The position numbers were made by a program, and so were the translations under genes. Shown here one piece after another: positions 11,842 through 25,085 of a stretch of DNA of 64,000 bases. The stretch spans positions 19,716,001 through 19,780,000 of the forward strand of contig CM060734.1 of assembly GCA_030704615.1 (NCBI GenBank), read 5' to 3'. Positions within the stretch are counted from its first letter, which is position 1; each line of letters starts with the position of its first letter. Under the pieces are notes generated by a model. That model did not search any database, had not been told where the DNA came from, and saw only the letters and a program-made list of their open reading frames with translations. The stretch is from Takakia lepidozioides (Eukaryota; Plantae; Bryophyta).

Positions 11842-13354
11842 ACAACAGGGATGACTGTAGATCGAGTGTCTGAGGACCCTGAGGCCAGCAATGAGCAAGG
11901 TGGTGCCAAAGATATACATGAGGATTCAGCTGTGTTGGACTATCTCCGCACTGGAGATACGGCAGCCACTGTGACTGCCAAGGAGAAGGATCGGATCCTA
12001 CAACAAGCCAAGAGGTTCAAGTGGGAGGGGACACACCTGCTCCGAGTGTGGGAGGATGGTCAAGTGAGGATTGTGCCTCACCCAACACAGCGGGCACGGT
12101 TAGTGCGGCATACCCATGAGGAGTTGGGGCATTTTGGGGTGCGACGCACTCATAGTCTACTGCAGGGCCAGTATTGGTGGCGTGGTATGCACATAGAGGT
12201 GCAACAATTTGTGGCTAGGTGCATGGTGTGTGACAGGGTGTGTGCTTCATTTAACGCCCCTACACCACAATTGTACCCTTTTCCGATCATGGGATTGGGC
12301 TACAGGTGGAGTCTTGACTTCGCAGGGCCGTTGCCACTGACCATGCACCACAACAAGTACGTGTTGGTGATGGTGGAGCACTTCTCATGGATCAAGTTGG
12401 TTCCATTGCCTCATAAGGCTAGTGAGGGAGCTACATATGCATTCTTGGATTGTGTACTTAGCCGATTCGGTGCTCCAACTGAGGTACTCACGGATCAAGG
12501 GAGAGAGTTCTTGGGAGAGTTTTAGGCATTAATGTGTGACAAGGCCTTGATAAACCACCGCACCACTTCTCGGGATCATCCTGAGGCCGATGGCTTGGCA
12601 GAGAAGGTTGTGCAAACGGTTAAGAAAGGTTTGCGCAAGTATGGCTTGCAGAAGGGACACCTTGGAGATTGGGACCTTCAGCTACCCTGATTAGCCATGG
12701 GCTACAGGTTCAGCAAGCAAACATCACTTGCCTCGTTCTCGCCTTATTTCCTTCTCTTTCGCCGAGAGCCAGATTTGCCTGCATCTATTTGCAAGGAGGC
12801 TGCAGTAGTCCTCAATCTTGACGATCCGGACGTGTGGGCACGTGCATGTGTTCAGCGCGCGGAGTTGTTCAAGAACGTCATGCCCATGGCTTTCGAGAAC
12901 CTTGCCATTGCACAACATCGTGATACGTTTGAGGTATGCTACCATATGGTGGGGGCTATCGTCCTGGGGTTCGGAGATTTCACCCTGGTGACTATGTTTA
13001 TCTGCAGCAGACTGCACCAACGACCCTGGATGTGACTGCAAGACGTGTTATTTTGAGGGTTCAAGAGGTATTACCCTCAGGCGTCCTGATCTTGGAGGGT
13101 CGGGATGGCATGACTTGGAAGGACCATGTGTGTAATTGCGCGCCATGTCACCTTCTGAATGTCAATGGCAGGATTGACCCAAACCTTGCAGTGGTACCTG
13201 CAAGTTTGAGGTGCACGTTGTGTGGGTCTGCTAGAGGGCAGCCACCATGCTGGTGTGTGATCGATGCTCTAGAGGTTGGCATATGGGATGCTTGACTCCA
13301 CCTCTTGAGATGGTTCCTGATGGGGACTGGTTATGTCTGTATTGCATTGGATAG
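11842..13354 (+). pseudogene. Ty3/Gypsy pol 3' fragment: integrase (HHCC + rve) ending in a PHD finger
   Basis: HEELGHFG...CMVC; RWSLDFAGPLP; VLTDQGREF; HPEADGLAE; SPYFLLF; FHPGDYV. Then CTLC...MLVCDRCSRGWHMGCLTPPLEMVPDGDWLCLYC* (13211-13354, one frameshift). Confidence 0.9.
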
Positions 13355-13489
13355 TGGGAGTGGATACAACCATGGAAAGCTAAGGGTCAATTCGCTCATG
13401 CCCTCTGATAAAAGGGTCAAATTCTTCGTCAATGGGCTATCAAATGTGGCCAAAGGCCACAGCCCCTCCAGCTCCAACGATGCTCATTA

Positions 13490-14870
13490 ACGTTTCATAT
13501 TGGAGCATTATGGGGATGGGACAAGACCCATCCTCCCTTAAGAGAGTTCGCTTAGCATCCTGGCTAGCTCCCCTCCAAAATCAGTAAACCATTATTTTTC
13601 TTCAGGAACACAAACAAGACCAAGCAAAAATAGACAACCTTTCATACCACCTTCGGCCAAAAGCCCAAGCCTTGTGGGCTCCCACTTCCACCGGAACAAG
13701 GGGAGGTATAGCCATTCTCCTATCATCAACTATCCATCCCCTGCTGACTTCACAAGAGGTTTGGGCTCTAGGGAGAGTACAATTTTGTGCTTTAGCATTA
13801 CCAAACAATGCAGGAGCATTGGGCCTCATAAACATCTATGCACCGAATGACAGTCAGGAATGCTCAGAGCTATGGGATCTCATTGACTCCAAAACGAGGA
13901 ACCAAAATGCCATAGATCAATGGATGCTTGGAGGAGACTTCAACATGGTAGAATCGTCAGAGGACCGACGCGCAAAGAGGGGCTGCCTCAATCAACTCCG
14001 GATATGAGGATCTCCAACACTGGCTCAACCTGTCACAAAACCACAGTTTGGTGGAAATCGTCTTTGACCCAACAAACACCCAGTAGTTCCCGAACGCTCA
14101 CTTTACATGGTCAAACAACCGAGGCCTGCCTAACCTGCAGATGGCCCGATTAGATAGATTCTATTCCTCCTTACAAATAGTTCAATGGATGTCTAGACTA
14201 CCCCAGCAGCCAATCCCCCAGGGCTTCGACCATGTAGAAGTATCAGCGAGGATAAACATCCCCATAGATCACAGAAGAGTGAAGGGTATGTACAGAATGA
14301 ATGCATCCCTCCCTGATGATTCTAAGAGAAACTAAAAGTAGTGTCTACAGCCAGTCAAACCCTTAGCAAATCCATAGCTGAAGCCATGAAACAAAAAATC
14401 GCAGCTCTTACTAAATGCCTTAAGGTATGTCGGATAAGGATGGAGAACCCCCGCTGTGACGAGCACACTTTCCAGACTTAGAGGGAAGCCAGGTTCAATA
14501 TGGAGTACTTCCAAAACTTCAATGACAAAAAGCTCAAGCTGCAAGCTGGCATTAACTGGTCTATGAAAGGCGAGAAAATGACCAAGTACTTCTTCAGCAA
14601 AACAAGGCAGAAAAGGGCAGCGCAAACCATTTCAAGCCTAAAAGATCAATGTGGCACCATTACCTCAGAGCCCAAAACAATGACATCAGTGGCATTCAGC
14701 CATTTCGAACCCTCTTCCACAGCCACCAGCAATCCCTCGACCTCTCTGATATCCAACGCCAATGCCTGGCACAAACTCCCACACTTGTTACACCAGCCAT
14801 GGCACAATCTTTGGATTTACGGAGACAGAGCTCAAGGATGCTCTATCCAAACACCAGTGGTAAACTAGAC
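13490..14870 (+). pseudogene. L1-like LINE ORF2 fragment (APE endonuclease and linker)
   Basis: FLQEHK, GGIAILL, INIYAPND, WMLGGDFNMVE, FTWSNNR, ARLDRFY and GEKMTKYFF motifs across frameshifts. Confidence 0.85.
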
Positions 14871-16359
14871 ATCGCTGACGTGTCACAGTGGTAAACTAAC
14901 TGTTGAACATGAAAGAGATCCTCTAAAGGCGAATTTGAAATGTGAATTGGCAGCCCAGCCTGATTGGTTTCCGGACGGATCTCCACAGCACCATGACTAT
15001 TCTTTCTTCTTATCACCAATGACAGATGGAACCTGTTTAAGAGAGGTACCAGTCCCGGAACCAAATAGGGCTGTAATGTGAAAACCAATATGTCCGAGAC
15101 ATGTAGCCATATGTAAAAGTAGGGTGGGTTGATGTTATAGCTTCCACCACCTTTCTTGCTAACTCATCAGTGGGTGTGCACTTGGGGTTATCACCTAATG
15201 AAGTATGCCTCTTCCATAGGCTTGTAGAGTTTGAGAGCCAGGTTTGCAACATATTCTTGCATAATTGCCCCAACTTTTTTGTCAATTCCAGAAACTATGG
15301 CCCCAGGGATAACCAAGATGACATCATACCAAAAGGCTTAAGCTCCATCCTGCCATAATAGTAATAAACGTAATCTTAGAATCGCAAGTGAACTTTTGTA
15401 GGTACCCTGCATGTATACATGTCAAGAATATCCCGCCTTCTTGTACTGCAAGTTTCTCCCATCTTCGCGGGCATCTATACGACACAACATCTTCAAGAGT
15501 CAAATAAGTACAGGCAGTGTTGTAAGCTAATGAAGTTCAAGCCTGCTCCTTTCCCCCTTTTAATTCCGTCTAAACTAGGCGCTGGTCATCTCATGGCCGC
15601 AAGAATGTGGTTTACAACTTTACTTCACTACTACGATTACCTACTCTATCGACTCAATCTATGTCTAACAAGCACATCGTCACTCTAGCACCAAAGCCAC
15701 ACATGCCATACTTGTTTCATGGCTGTTACCGTCCCCACTCCCAAGTGTAAGCTAGAGTAGAGGAAAATTGCTGGAAAATTGCTCATTGCCAGCCCATAAA
15801 TCAACTTGTTCAAAAGTCCTTCATCCTTTGTCCTCTCCCAATCACATTCTATTGACAATTAGATTAACTGCAGCCTTGACACTAAAATTCATTGGGGCAG
15901 GTGCAACTTACCATACATGCAAGTGCGGGCACACAGACAGAGGTTCTTGAGGTGCAGCAGGAAGGGGAGCCTGAAGATAAGGAGGTTGACAATGATTTTC
16001 TATGTGAATGAGCGTCCCTCAATCCATCTGGTGGTACTCCGAGGGCCCAATGTTGTCCATTTTTCACAGTCCCCCTCCTCCTTTCAAATTACCTATTTAT
16101 GGAGGCAATGGCAGTACAAATGTCAACTTCTCTATTGCCCTCGCACCTACTCTCTAAGCGCAAGGATAGAACGTTTACAGGCATTAGAGTTCTTAGGTCA
16201 CCTGTGATCTGCATCTGATGTGGGACAATGTTTTAGCTGCACGGACACAGATTGTAGTTCGGGAGGCAGTCTTCCTCTATCTCCTTCCTGATCACAGAGA
16301 CAGACTTCGTTCTCTTTTCATAAAGGACCATTTCATTTCATTTCTCTTTTCATAGTTAT

Positions 16360-17130
16360 AATTCAATGTGCTTGACCCAGAGACCCAAATCCGGGCCCTC
16401 CTTGGTAAGTGGTTTCCCAGATTTCTGGGACTTGAAGGAGACTGGAGGAAGCTATTGGTGGCTGGAACAATTGCCTTAAGCTCCCCCCTTCTAGGGGCGT
16501 GTTGGGCTCTATCTATTAGATGGATCACTCAGGGATTTAGCCACAAATTCCTAGGTTCTTCTCTTTGGATCTGGTTTGCTTGGGGGAAGTTCAGACCCTT
16601 CCTCAGAAAGCAAGAGCCATCATCCTTCCATGAGGTCCAAAGGCAACATCTTTTCCTCAACCCCTCTTCACCCTCCCCTCTGGAGAGAAGTCAAGCTAGG
16701 AGATGGGCCTCCTAGGAATCTGGTGGCTTCACTCAGATTTCCCACATTTGGACAAGTACTCCTCAGTCACTTATTGCCACTCTAGGCTCCAGAAGGGCTA
16801 CATCTGATATTAACCCCATTCTGCAAACAGTTCCAAACCCATGGAGAGACATTCTCAGGCTCATGGAAGGAGTCTCCCTCTCCGCACCAATGGGTAGCTA
16901 CGCTAACCTCTCATATTCTTTACATCTCGGAGGTAGACTTGCCTTCTGTCATTGGCTACGCTTTTCAAGCTGAATTGTTCTCAGGGTCCCTCTCTCTAGT
17001 TTCCTCAAGAACAGTCACCATCCAAGCTGCGCTAGTCTCTCTAGCACGCATTTGCCACAGGTCCTCTAAATTCAAAGATTTCAAACCCCTCCTCTCTGCA
17101 GGAAGCTCTATTGTTCCTTGGCTGCTAAAC
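16360..17130 (+). pseudogene. Probable LINE ORF2 fragment downstream of the RT domain
   Basis: NVLDPETQIRALLGKWFPRFL...DWRKLL resembles the post-RT segment of L1-type ORF2; degraded. Confidence 0.5.
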
Positions 17131-17219
17131 ATGCATGTGCTTTTCGCCTACGTGCATCCAAGGGGAGGGCACGTGTTGCCACCTTAGCCGTAGGAGGCAT
17201 GCAATGGAGGGGCCAGATA

Positions 17220-17511
17220 TGGACTATGTAAAAACACAATGGATCAGTATGTTGGAGCCCCTGAAAAGGGTGGCAGCAGAGTACAAAACATTCATTGTCA
17301 AAATGGCTCTTGATAGTGGTTTAGTTAGGGTTGCAAATGTGATCTTGGCTCTATTATGTGATTCGGAAACCATCATGAGCCTGCCTTGTCTTCTACCATT
17401 GTTGGAGTCTGTCAACATGCTTATTAAGTTTGCCCAATCGAGGGATGTCTTTGTGTGTGATTTTGTTGCTACTGTCAAGATATGCCAAGCAGAATTATAT
17501 ACGATGTATTC
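17220..17511 (+). pseudogene. hAT-family (ZNF862-like) transposase fragment
   Basis: VKTQWISMLEPLKRV...LLPLLESVNMLIKFAQSRDVFVCDF resembles the hAT 'TRW' region and the following helices. It is cut at 17512 by a CACTA end. Confidence 0.55.
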
Positions 17512-18170
17512 CACTATAGCAAATGGGGGGGGGGGGTTTGCGATGCCAGCCGCGCCCCACGCCCCGTGCGGTGCTGAGCCCGCAACGCCAAGCCTGCGGC
17601 GCTTTTTTGCGACGCCCCGGCGTCGCAATCTCTCTGCGACACCATTGTGACGCCTAGCCATCGCAAGGTGGCATGAAGGGGGAAAGAGGGCCCTCGCTAC
17701 GACGGATTTTTTTTTTCTTGCGACACCCCGACGTCGCAAATCTATTTTTTATTTATTTTATTTTTTTGGATATTGCGACATCTCGGCATCGCAAATGCGT
17801 CACTGAGGGCGCCCCAGTGCCTCTGCGATGCCAGGGCGTCGCAATAGCATCACCACAATGAGAGTTTTTTTTTTTTTTTGGCTTTGCGGCCTCAACTTCA
17901 CAAAAACATCGCTGGGGGCGCCCCGCGCTGGAACGACCAACTCTGCGATGTCAGGGGGTCGCAACGGCGTCGCCACAGGGGGTTGCAATGGTGTTGTAGT
18001 CAGCTTAGGTCATCACAAGGACGTCGCTTGGGGCGCCTGGCAGTGGGGGGGGTGCAACAACGGCGACGACGTTGGGGCTGGGCTGAGGCTGGGCACTAAG
18101 GTTGTGGAGGTTGCAACTCCCAGGCGTCACAAGAGGGACCCCCTTAGAAGGAACTTGAAGGAAATCTTCC

Positions 18171-18204
<34 letters not shown>

Positions 18205-18565
18205 TTGCTTTTGTGATACATAGATGTAGCGTAGGTGTGTTGGTTAGTTTGCAGTGTCTTAGAAATGTTATAACGTGGAGGTCTTAGGTTCAAGTATGCA
18301 TTGCATGATATATGTAGAACAATGAATATATCGCCATTAGACAGAACCGGAGTCAATGGTCAACAAGTTTTTGAAATTCAAATTCCAAATTCAAATTTTC
18401 CCGCCTAAATTCAAATGTACCCACTTAAGGGCGTCGCAAATCGCGTCGGCGTCGCAAATCGCGGTTTCGTCTTTTTGCGACCCCCATTGGTCGTAAATTT
18501 GCGACATTTTTTTGGCAACGCCCTTGCGATATCCGGGCGTCGCAAATTTGGTTTCCCCCCCCTGC
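17512..18565. mobile_element. Non-autonomous CACTA-like element remnant with TGCGAC/GTCGCA subterminal repeats and an internal (TA)n tract
   Basis: Starts CACTATAGCAAATGGGGG at 17512. Many direct and inverted TGCGAC(G)CC / GGCGTCGCA motifs. (TA)n at ~18175-18202. The right TAGTG end was not found. Confidence 0.6.
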
Positions 18566-19217
18566 ATTCACCAAGGTACAGAGGGAAGCTGCTTAGCGTG
18601 CTGGCCATCGACGATCGCATGAACCTGATGGCAGACAGAATAAGAAGCCTAGAAACTAGGTAGACTTAACAGCGATAGTGTTTGCGGGGGCGCTGCACAA
18701 CTAGGAGAGGGGCTATGTAGAATAATAGGAATTTTTGGTTGATTTACTTTTACGACTATTTAGTGCATTTCCTACTCGATATACCCTGTGGCGCTATCGA
18801 TACTGGTTCGATATAGTGACATTACTCGATATTTTGTGATGGTCGATAATCTGACTTTAATCGATAATGAAGAAGGTGGATGAATGACTATTGTGGATGA
18901 ATATAAGAAGTTAGGCGGTTATAGAAGTTGTTAAGGCAGCTTGCTATAATTGAGCTGCGAGACAATAGATCATTGTTAGTTGAGCCAGAGAGCCGTGACC
19001 AGAGCAGAGTGTGCGTATGAGTTAGGAAGATAGAGTTATTTCTTAAGGATGGATTAGTACTGCATATTGTGATGTAATGTTTGTGAATGAATAGAAGAGA
19101 AGAAGGAGAAAAATGAGGTTCAATTCCCTTTGTTTTGTGTGAATAATGGAATGATGGAATGTGAATCCGATTCTGAATGAAATGGTTGAAGAATTATAAT
19201 TATGTGAGATAGTGAGA

Positions 19218-19448
19218 ATGTGCACAAATAGAGAAGATAATAACTCTGAGCGAGAATTAATTCCTGGTTTACCCAGGGATGTATCGATTCGGATCTTTAA
19301 TAGTCTATCATGTAATGAGGCAGAGTTAATACGAATAGAGAGTGTGAGTAAAGCCTGGAAAAAAGAGTTATCAATTCTATATAAACATCATCGATTGGGC
19401 CGTGAGTGGATCAATATGTGGTGTTGTCCTTTGGATGGATGTCCATAA
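19218..19448 (+). CDS. F-box-like mini-ORF 1 (inside the LTR)
   Basis: ELIPGLPRDVSIRIFNSLS...IESVSKAWKKEL matches the plant F-box pattern LIPGLPxD...VSKxW. Confidence 0.55.
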   Translation: MCTNREDNNSERELIPGLPRDVSIRIFNSLSCNEAELIRIESVSKAWKKELSILYKHHRLGREWINMWCCPLDGCP

Positions 19449-19537
19449 TACATGAAGGAACAAATTAAGGACTTGAAGATAGAAAGTCTTCGATTGGATT
19501 AATTGGAAGAGAATAACAGTGAAGTAAAACCATTTGC

Positions 19538-19846
19538 ATGGCAGAGAGCAATGATGGGGGAATAAATGGATTATCGGAGTTGATCACCGGATTACCAGAC
19601 CATCTATCGATAGGAATCTTTCAGAAGCTTTGTTGTAGCGATAAAGAGATATTTTTATTACAATCAATGAATAGAGGATGGTACAGAGAGTTATCAATTC
19701 TATACATAAATTGTTATTGGAAGCACAGTTGGTTGCAGATATGGTATCGACCTTTTGAAGGCTATTCTGAATTATTGGGAGAATGCAATACTACCTGTGG
19801 TGAGGGAAAGTCCCCGGAGGAACTGAAGAAGCAAGATTGGTGGTGA
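19538..19846 (+). CDS. F-box-like mini-ORF 2 (inside the LTR)
   Basis: ELITGLPDHLSIGIFQKLCC...QSMNRGWYRELSILY; paralogous to ORF 1. Confidence 0.55.
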   Translation: MAESNDGGINGLSELITGLPDHLSIGIFQKLCCSDKEIFLLQSMNRGWYRELSILYINCYWKHSWLQIWYRPFEGYSELLGECNTTCGEGKSPEELKKQDWW

Positions 19847-19862
19847 AGAACAATCGATAGTG

Positions 19863-20150
19863 ATGTGTGGGAGAGAGGGAGTTAAAGATCCTCTAGAATT
19901 AATTACTGGATTACCTGATAGTTTTTCGATAGATATCTTTAAAAGGCTGCGTTGCAGTGATATAGAGATAATTAATCTACAGCTTGTGAATAAATGATGG
20001 AGCAAAGAACTATTGACTATATATCGAGCAGATTACTGGAAGAGAGAATTAGACGAACAGTGGTATTTCATATCAATCGATGGTGTTGAGTTGATAAAGA
20101 AGGATGGGAATATTATCGAGACTGGAAGGACATTAATCGCGTTAGATTGA
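19863..20150 (+). pseudogene. F-box-like mini-ORF 3 with one internal stop
   Basis: MCGREGVKDPLELITGLPDSFSIDIFKRLRC...QLVNK*WSKELLTIY...; not in the ORF track because of the TGA. Confidence 0.55.
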
Positions 20151-22834
20151 GGATGTCTGGTGGTAGAAATTGATCTACTGAGGGATTAGAGAGAGAGAGA
20201 TTAGTCGAGCATCATTATTTTGCAATTGCATAAGGCTGTCCCTGCGAACGAACCTTGAAACTGATTGGTCCTTCTTTTAGGGTCGATTATAGTTTTGATT
20301 CTACATCTTCAAAATAATTAATCATGGTAATCTCAGGTTGTCGCCCACATCATAAGAGAGTGTGTGATGGTAACTCAAGCAGGGCTAATAATTAATCATG
20401 GTAATCATTGATTAATCGCACGAAAAATCCCACGGTTTGAAGTTGGTGAACAAAGGTGTTGGGCCCCCTCCACAAGCAGCCCAAAAATAGCCTTAACAGC
20501 CCAAAAACTGTAATGATGGAGCTTATGGGATGACAAGGGACTGAGGAAAACTGAAAGGAAATAAACCAGACAGCCCCCTCCACAACCATGTGACAAAACC
20601 ACAGAAAGACACCCCCCTCCACAAGCAGCCCACAAAACCACTATGCCAGTGGAAGCAAGGAAACAAACCAATGGCGGAAGGCTCTAGACTTAGGCCCTTC
20701 TCCTATACTTTCATGACCAGATTCCTAACATGCATAGCGTGGAGGTCTTGGAGTTCTAGGGGGCAACAGTTCTGCTTCAAAAAAAGGCTAGCTGAACAAA
20801 GTGATATCAACTTACCTTGACATAATCAATTAGTTCGGGCTTTCCAGATTTCATCTAGAAAGCCCTTCACACAAACATCAATATGTTATGTGAGTTGCCC
20901 AACAAGTAGACCCCAACAGTGTCAGGGCTTTAGGCTCAGCCTCGAGGGTTTGAAGCCTGGGGGGGTGCACTCTTCATAAAAAGACCATATCACGTGCGTG
21001 CATCAGCCAATAAAAAATACCCCTGTATATAGCTTAATTCATGAATTTATTATATGTATATATATATTTAAGAATGTATTAAACCCCCTGAAGTATTTAT
21101 ATGAAAAAACATTTGAATAAATAACAACACCCTGCTGTATGTATTCATGTATTCATTCAAAATATAATAAACCCTTAAATCGTATTTACTGCACTTGGGC
21201 CACGACTACCAATTGATTTCAGGAATTATAGCCCAGTGCCCAATCCGGATCAGAGGCAGTATTTTGAAATAACCTCTTTTCCATACCCAGGGTCGATCTG
21301 TCGCAGCAGTGATATCCCCATCCTCTTGCCAAAAACCACTTCTTCGTTGCAACCAGGCCGGTATATTAGATCGCCTTAAATTTTTCACCGAAGTTGCGCA
21401 TGAGAGAACCAATCTGGCTCCCAGTGGCCGCTAGCTTTTGATCCTCATCTCCAATCTCGGCTGTCCGCCGTGTCTTCAATTTTTGACAGAACGTAACCGG
21501 TCATAGCTGGTCTGGTAAGCTATACATTCGACCAAACAAACAGTTACAGTATCCAACAGCCACTGACTTCGCCCTCTTCTTCCTTTTGCTTCATACGTAG
21601 CCATAGGGGTTTCGGCTGATCTGATCAGTATGAGCAGGTCGATTTGTCTAGCTCTGGCAGCCCGTTTGTTGTCTTTAAATCGCGGGTAGCATAGCAGAAA
21701 CAAGTAGTAAGTAAAATCCTAAGTCCATGTGCAAATCACAACTTGCAGTTCATAATCTCATCAGCGCAGCTCGGTCACCGTGGCTGTGATCCTTTTGTCG
21801 TGCTTTTCTTTTTCTAAGAGCGAGCATCCACTGCAACGTCCTAGCTAAGATCAACCTTAGTCAGTAGGTGCTCTATTTCCTTCAATGCTCTTGAGCCATA
21901 TCTACAGCTGATATGGCTTCAGGAAAAGTGCGCTTCAAAATAGCTTCCACAAGTGAACCACACACAAATGTACTTCACCAAAACTGACTCCAACACAGCC
22001 TTGTCTGGTCAAAACCCTGATATCTATCTTGGCTTTCTCGCTGCCGTGACATATGGTAGCAAGCTATGGCGACGGTGGTGGCTCTATCCCCTCCTGCAGC
22101 ATTATCTTTCAAGATCGCAGCCCACCGTGGCCAACCACTGGCAGCATCTTAATACTCTGCATCTTTTGTGCCCACATGCTCTTCTTCATTCAGCTCTCAG
22201 AACTTAAGCATTAAGCATTGGGGAAGGTTTCAACATGTTTCTACACCTGAATCATTGGCAGCTCCTGCCAACCTGCAATCAACGTTCAATGGTCTCCCAT
22301 GACCATTGAGTGCCTTACTACGACCTGTACCTTGGCTGGCCGACACTACCACATCTGTTCCAGCCTGAGTCTAGTGCAGCAGCTCCAACTACGATGCTCC
22401 AATTGCACCAACTGAACCTCCAAAATAGCGACCACATAGCCTCATCATAGCATAGACAACCCGAAATTTTTGAACCTGTAGGGAAGATCTGACTGCGGCT
22501 GTCAATATGCAACCCATGTTCATCAAGCTTTTCCATAAAGCTAGCATCAACTTTGTACAAGGAAAATCACTGCATCACGCAGCTCATCGTCATTACTATC
22601 CACCGCAAACTGCTCCCTCCCAGTGAAGGCTCCTCCATCGCGCACACCTTGCTCAATGAATCAATCGCAGGTTGCAGCTTTAATAGTGGACCTCATGAAC
22701 TGATTTATTGTCAACACTGACATTTGACCCAAAACAACCGGTACGACACTTCAAAATCGGCAGCTCCGTGGGCTCTTGAGCTTTGTGTGTCTCTATTGTC
22801 ACTATGATTCAAGTCACTAGCATATCATCCGCAA

Positions 22835-25085
22835 CGATCTCGCAGATGGTGAAGTTCTCACGTCCCTCCCAACTCCCCAGTTGAAGAGGAACATCAAACG
22901 CCAACCTTGTCGCCAACTGTGGTTCTCCTTTGGCAGAACGCACCTCAATAGAGGCCCCCACGTCACTTGTCGGGAGTCCCAACTTTCGCGCCGCCGCCGG
23001 CGTCATGAAGGAGTGCGACGCTCCTGTGTCCACCAACAACGACACTTAGTTCCGGATATATTTCCATCCACGAACAATAACTGCCTCCCTTTACGCAGGG
23101 CGCCAGTTTCCTGATACAACTCACAAGAATAGTTGCCTACCTTGCAAGTCCTGGCGACCACCGCTTCCACCAAGCGACTGATGGTATCTTCCGACAACTC
23201 CGTGGTTGCCCGAGTCATGTTCAATTGTCGAGGTTTTTTGCACTTCTTGGCCATGTGCCCGGGCTCCCCGCAATTGAAACACACTCCATCAAAGGTCGCC
23301 TTCTGTCAGCCATAAGCCGCTCCACCCGCTTTTCCTTTCGAAGCACCGGGTGCCGCCTTGACGTGTGAAGGCCCTCCCTTCGATTTCCACGTGCCATTGT
23401 CGCGGCGTGGCCTATCCCACTTCTTTTCCGGTCGGAAGGAGTCACCTTCCCGCCGGGTCTTCTTGTGTGTTCAGCTCCATACGGCCTTGTCTCTCACCCC
23501 CTAGGGACATCTGAGAAACATTCAGCCCTCTCAATTGCCTCGTTCAAAGTCTTAGGTGGCTTCTCCTCCAACTTCCGCCTAGCCCATGGGGCCAACCCCG
23601 CCACAAAGTTGAAGACCATTTCTGTTTCCGCCATATCCGCGACTTCGAGCAACAGCACATTGAAAGCCTGGACATATCCCCGAATGTCATTTGTTTGCTT
23701 CAAATTCCTCATCTTGTCCCGGGCAAGCCAGGACGCGTTGAGAGGCACAAACTGTCGCTTCATCAATTCCTTGAACCCACTCCAGTTCAAAGTTTCCGGA
23801 CTTGGACCTCGGTCGTGAAGGCGTTTCTGCCACCATTGTTGAGCATAGCCCCTCAAATAGGTGGGAGCCACTTCCACCCGATCCTCGTCACTCAACTTGG
23901 CCGCCCGGAAGTACTGCTCTAGCTCCAAGAGGCAGGTGTTGAGTGCCTTCCGATTTCGGACGCCCTCGAAGGTGCCGGGTTCCTTAGGCTTCACCTTAAA
24001 CTTTGCCTTAGCGGAAGTGGCATTAGCCGCCTTCAACATGTCTTTCAACGTCTCGCCAAACTGCGCCAACAACCCTTCCCAAAAAGCTGCCAGCATGGGA
24101 GACATCTGTTGGTCTGTCGGAGCTCTTATGGATTCCTCGGGCTCCGACTCCTCGGATTCCTCCCGCTCTTGAGCGGCCTCGTTTTCAGAAACCTGCGTCG
24201 CTTCCTCAAACGGCCGCTTCGGTGACACGTCGCCCCCCATCGGGCTCACCAGGATCATCATCTTTTGGGCCGTTCCGCTTTCGTTTTGGTTTGCCCGACC
24301 CCATGATATGGCCAATCCCAAGGACGATCGCGTACTGAACTCTAAGCTCTGATACCAAGTGTCGCGCACCTCACTTCGGTAAGCTCCCCTTCAAGTCATA
24401 GTTCCTTGCTTTGATGCGCGCACCTGACTCCCAACCTGGCCCCGGGCCAACTTGGAGCTTCGGCTGCTCACCGGGACATAACGGTCCCCCTTCGCTTCCC
24501 ACTAAACCCTCCACCTATTTGGGCCTGGTGGAATTCCCTTTGGTAGATGGCAGTCCGGAACAGCTCCCCACTCTTTTGGTCGCTTTCCGGCTCGCTCGCT
24601 TACTCACTAGTTTTTGGTCACCAACGGGCTTGCACCGTTCTCGGGTCACTACTCCCCTTATATATACTTCTGTAGCTGTCCGCGGGGTTTCACAACCAGC
24701 CATGCCATTTTATGGCGAACCACCACGAAAACCCTCGACTCCCGGTGATGAGTCGCGGTGAGTCTTGGCCCACTCACCACGGCCCCTATGGACCGTGATG
24801 AGTCCCAAGACTCCCCACGACTCCTACCACGAGGTCTCCGCCCCCATGGTGAGTCCTATGCCACCCCCACTAAGTCCCGCTAAGCTACCACCACCCCTTG
24901 TGGAGCCACCCCCACCGCAACCCGGTGTGCGGGGCTCGACCTAGTGAGCGCCTCTGCCTCCTTGAGTGCCTTGGGCACTCAAGGGTGCTTCAGCCCCCCA
25001 TACCTATCGCTGCCGCTGCCCCCACCACAGGGGCAGCCCCTCATGTGTCCCGACCCCCCTGCCCTCAAGGCAAAGGGCCGCGACA
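22835..25085 (-). mobile_element. 3'-truncated Ty3/Gypsy chromovirus copy (5' LTR 24360-25085, PBS, gag, partial protease); same family as 41140-48101
   Basis: LTR TGTCGCG...CGCGACA. PBS TGGTATCAGAGC (minus, 24346-24357). Gag nearly identical to 45846-47375, with zinc knuckle [14 protein letters not shown] and protease [10 protein letters not shown]. Homology stops at ~22835. Confidence 0.95.

Larger units (their letters stand above)
18716..20305 (+). mobile_element. 3' LTR (~1.59 kb) of an LTR retrotransposon, preceded by a PPT
   Basis: Perfect 8-bp inverted termini TGTAGAAT (18716-18723) and ATTCTACA (20298-20305). Polypurine tract AGGAGAGGGG at 18703-18712 immediately upstream. Confidence 0.7.

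Noticed and set aside
21200-22800. Degraded LINE-like coding sequence on the minus strand
   Set aside because: No diagnostic motif could be read with confidence.
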